This document shows positions 61,123 through 64,000 of a DNA stretch of 64,000 nt, piece by piece. Source of the stretch: Candidatus Hydrogenedentota bacterium (GTDB lineage Bacteria; Hydrogenedentota; Hydrogenedentia; Hydrogenedentales; SLHB01); the NCBI GenBank assembly GCA_045863335.1, contig BTVY01000015.1:21511-85510 (forward strand). Reading direction: 5' to 3'. Under the pieces are notes generated by a model. That model was not told where the DNA came from. It worked only from the letters and a program-made list of their open reading frames with translations, and did no database searches. The position numbers were made by a program, and so were the translations under genes. Position 1 is the stretch's first letter. The number at the start of each line of letters is the position of its first letter.

Positions 61123-61154
61123 GCGAGGCGGCCGGATTGCTCCGGCCGCCTCGT
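61123..61154. terminator. Bidirectional terminator between convergent genes
   Basis: GCGAGGCGGCCGG / CCGGCCGCCTCGT stem flanked by AAAA and TTGTATTTT. Confidence 0.8.
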
Positions 61155-61178
61155 TGTATTTTCTGAAGGTTTTGCAAC

Positions 61179-62489
61179 CTACGTGATCTCAGGCACGACG
61201 AAGGGATCGCGGTAGTAATCCTTCAACATGGCATTCGCCTCGTCGTCGTTTTTGAACTGGCCCGCGTCGGGGTCGAACTCGAGCGACCGCTGCAACCGGT
61301 ACGCAATGTTCCCGAGATGAATGTGCGCGCAGGAAATGAACGCTTCCTCCGGACTGCCGTGGATCGTGTCCAAGTCGCGATTCTTGACCGACTCCAGGAA
61401 GTTCCCGAAGGTTCCTTTGGACTCTGGTATCTCGACGCCCTCCGGAATCGGAATGGACTTCTGCTGGTAATCGAAGAACCCGCGATCCTTCACCCAATAT
61501 CCGTCGGTACCGAATGCGCTATTCGCACAGGCATCGTCGCAGCCCTCGGGGAATGAACCCAGGTTGCGCACCTCAAACGTCAGCATCGTGCCGTCGGCAT
61601 AGGTAAAGTCGATCTGCTGCGTGTTGGGCGTCTCGGCGTCGTCCGTCCACTTGTACCGGCCGCCGGTGCTGTACACGCGGACGGGAAGCCCCTTGTTTGC
61701 GGCCCACGCCGCCACGTCCATTTCGTGAACGCCCTGGTTTCCGCTTTCGCCGTTGCCGAAATCCCAGAACCAGTGCCAGTTGTAGTGAACAAACAGCCCG
61801 TCCTCGCTTCCTTCACGCCACAGATAGGGTCGGTCCTTGGCGGGTCCGAGCCAGAGGTTGTAATCCAAATAATCGGGCGGATCGCCGGGCTTGCCTTTCC
61901 CGATGTCGTAGCGATTGCCGTTCTTGTAGACGTACCCGCGGGCATGCACCACCGGGCCGACGATTTCGCCCTGATGGAGCAGCTTCATATCGCGGATGCG
62001 GTTCGCATCGGACCGTTGTTGCGTGCCGTGCTGCACCACGCGGTTGTATTTTCGGGCGGCTTTCACCACCTGCTGGCCTTCCCAGAAGCTGTGGGCCATG
62101 GGCTTCTCGACGTAGACATCCTTGCCTGCCTGGCAGGCCCACACGGTGGCCAAGGCGTGCCAGTGGTTCGGTGTGGCGATGGTTATAGCGTTGATGGAAT
62201 CGTCTGCGAAGGCGTCCCGCATGTCGACGTAGGTCTTGGGCCGTTTGCCCGTCTTCTGTTCAAGCTGATCGGCCCGGCCTTCGAGCACGCGCTTGTCCAC
62301 GTCGCACAGGGCCACGACGTCGGATGCTTCGTTGCCGCAGAATGCGTCGATGTGCGAACCGCCCCGTCCGCGGATTCCGATACAACACACGTTGACCCGC
62401 TCGTTGGCGCCGAACACGGTGTTCGGCAACACCGTGGCCGCGGCAACGGCAGCGGAGCCACCAAGAAATGCCCTTCGCGATACACTCAT
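61179..62489 (-). CDS. Gfo/Idh/MocA NAD-dependent oxidoreductase with Tat signal peptide
   Basis: MSVSRRAFL; GIRGRG, ATPNHWH, GKDVYVEKP, GTQQRS, GNQGVHEMD. Confidence 0.92.
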   Translation of the reverse strand: MSVSRRAFLGGSAAVAAATVLPNTVFGANERVNVCCIGIRGRGGSHIDAFCGNEASDVVALCDVDKRVLEGRADQLEQKTGKRPKTYVDMRDAFADDSINAITIATPNHWHALATVWACQAGKDVYVEKPMAHSFWEGQQVVKAARKYNRVVQHGTQQRSDANRIRDMKLLHQGEIVGPVVHARGYVYKNGNRYDIGKGKPGDPPDYLDYNLWLGPAKDRPYLWREGSEDGLFVHYNWHWFWDFGNGESGNQGVHEMDVAAWAANKGLPVRVYSTGGRYKWTDDAETPNTQQIDFTYADGTMLTFEVRNLGSFPEGCDDACANSAFGTDGYWVKDRGFFDYQQKSIPIPEGVEIPESKGTFGNFLESVKNRDLDTIHGSPEEAFISCAHIHLGNIAYRLQRSLEFDPDAGQFKNDDEANAMLKDYYRDPFVVPEIT

Positions 62490-62600
62490 GAGTCTATGCC
62501 TCCCTCGTTGGATGGAGTGATTCGAGTTGCTGACAATATCCCACCATTCTGGACAACTCACGCGGCACCGTCAAGTCACCGGCTTTTCGTTTTCTACCAG

Positions 62601-63773
62601 CTACTCTGCCGGAGCGGTGAAGGTATGCCGCAACGGGATTGTATGTGTATAGGGCACATACCAGCCGACCGGATGGTTTTCGTAGGTGGGCTCATGGAGA
62701 TACAGCTTGATCTCAGCCTTACTCGTGCCGGGCGTAAAGGTCAGTACGCGGCTCATCGGGTGCGACCCGGCGTGGTACTGGGTTACCGCGGCGACCTGAA
62801 GAAAGGTCACGCCCCACTTCTGTTCCTCGATGCGCTTCTCTCCCGTCGTGTCTTCGGGTCCGTGCACGTGCGTGTGCCCGCCGACCCAGAAGTCGATGGC
62901 GGGCTTGCCGTACTCCTCGTGAAAGTCTGCAAGAAACTGTTCGAACGGACCGGGATGGCCGGGTTCGGATACGGTGTATTCAAAATGTTCGGGATCGGGA
63001 TTTTCGATCGTCCAGTACAGATACGAAGACCCTTCGATTCCGCCGCTGCTGCCGTGATAGTCGCCGCCTTCGTTGTAGCCCGAGGCGGTGGTCGTATCGC
63101 GCAGCACGTGATGATGAGCCGTCACGATGATCTTGTCCTGGTTGTCCAGCACCGTCTGCTTCCACCACTCGAAGGTATCGCGCGTGACGGCGCCGGCAGG
63201 GAAACCACCCTTGTTCTGATCTTCGCTGTTGCCTCGTCCGACGGGGCTGGGCATGTCGTTCCGGTCGCTCAGCATGATGAACAGGATGTTGCCGGCTTGA
63301 AAAGTGTAGCGGTCCCAGCGGCCCTGAACCGGGAACGGACGGTTCTCGTTCAGCACGCCGGAGTATTGGGGGTTCTCGCCCAGGGGATCGATCCATTTGC
63401 GGAACCAGGTGCCTTCGCCTTCGTCGTAGTAGTTCGCATCGTGGTTGCCTTGCACGTGGTAGATTTGTTCGCGGGCATGTTTACGCAGAGCCTCGAACTG
63501 TAGCGCAATGACGTGGCCGTCCGCATCGGTCGGCGGGAACTGGCTGGCCGTCATGTCACCGCAATCGATGGCGATATCCCAGTCGAAGCCGGGCGCATCC
63601 TCGAAGAAGCCCTCGGACTGGCGGATGACCTTCGACAAACTCGCGCGCCCGAATCGAATGTCCTGAGGTGAATGAATGCAGCTTGTTGCCCAGACGACGA
63701 AGGGGGCGGCGGCGGCATGCGCGACCGGGACCGAAAATAGGACTGCAACCACAATTGCAAACTGCCGCCGCAA
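62601..63773 (-). CDS. Secreted calcineurin-like metallophosphoesterase
   Basis: Signal ending AHA; SCIH, CGD, GNHD, AHHH, GGHTH; start uncertain (TTG 63773 chosen). Confidence 0.75.
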   Translation of the reverse strand: MRRQFAIVVAVLFSVPVAHAAAAPFVVWATSCIHSPQDIRFGRASLSKVIRQSEGFFEDAPGFDWDIAIDCGDMTASQFPPTDADGHVIALQFEALRKHAREQIYHVQGNHDANYYDEGEGTWFRKWIDPLGENPQYSGVLNENRPFPVQGRWDRYTFQAGNILFIMLSDRNDMPSPVGRGNSEDQNKGGFPAGAVTRDTFEWWKQTVLDNQDKIIVTAHHHVLRDTTTASGYNEGGDYHGSSGGIEGSSYLYWTIENPDPEHFEYTVSEPGHPGPFEQFLADFHEEYGKPAIDFWVGGHTHVHGPEDTTGEKRIEEQKWGVTFLQVAAVTQYHAGSHPMSRVLTFTPGTSKAEIKLYLHEPTYENHPVGWYVPYTHTIPLRHTFTAPAE

Positions 63774-63820
63774 CGCACGGTGTTTCGCGCGATTCGCTGA
63801 ACCCTTTCGATCGGCCGTAC

Positions 63821-63917
63821 TGTTTCGCACTTTCAGCGCTCCCTTCTTCGTGTGACCACCTTTCCCGGGGCGGCGCTTCGCTCTGCCCCGGGCTGATATG
63901 TTGCGGCCCTTCAGGCC
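63821..63917. repeat. REP-like palindrome cluster (GGCCCTTCAGGCC, CCCGGGGC/GCCCCGGG, CGCACTTTCAGCGC)
   Basis: Alternating short hairpins of the GCCCTGAAAGGGC type flank a CCCGGGGC..GCCCCGGG stem. Confidence 0.55.
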
Positions 63918-64000
63918 AGACAATCGAGGCCCTGCTGGCCGGCACCAATTAGGGCAGATGTGCTGCGACTCGTCAGGCTTGGGCGAAGTCTTGCGAACGG

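Overview
GC-rich bacterial chromosomal segment. LolA and many Sec/Tat/lipoprotein signals point to a diderm, glycan-degrading organism; no taxon can be assigned from the sequence alone. Left end (1-7850): a type I restriction-modification operon (hsdR-hsdM-[PIN-domain fusion]-hsdS). It lies between two same-orientation ATCCGCA heptamer arrays, next to a repeat-rich intergenic region. The embedded, translationally coupled, antitoxin-less PIN nuclease with an unrecognised C-terminal domain is the best candidate for an undescribed RM-guard defence system. Middle: mostly housekeeping genes (hppA, rnc, fabF, acpP, M23-bactofilin-mnmA, tag, nhaA, gltA, RACo-type ASKHA, maf, lolA-like, divIVA-like, proC, araB, M42 peptidase) mixed with secreted hydrolases. 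Right part: three sodium:solute symporters, a pair of paralogous unknown secreted proteins, an unannotated 57-aa membrane protein, an FG-GAP surface protein, a BNR/sialidase-like protein, and a Tat-exported DegT aminotransferase / lipoprotein TIM barrel / Tat Gfo/Idh/MocA cluster. Several REP/REPIN-like palindrome families and 6/7/9-mer arrays occur between genes. No tRNA, rRNA, CRISPR array, integrase or transposase was recognised. All calls come from reading motifs by eye; no database searches were run.
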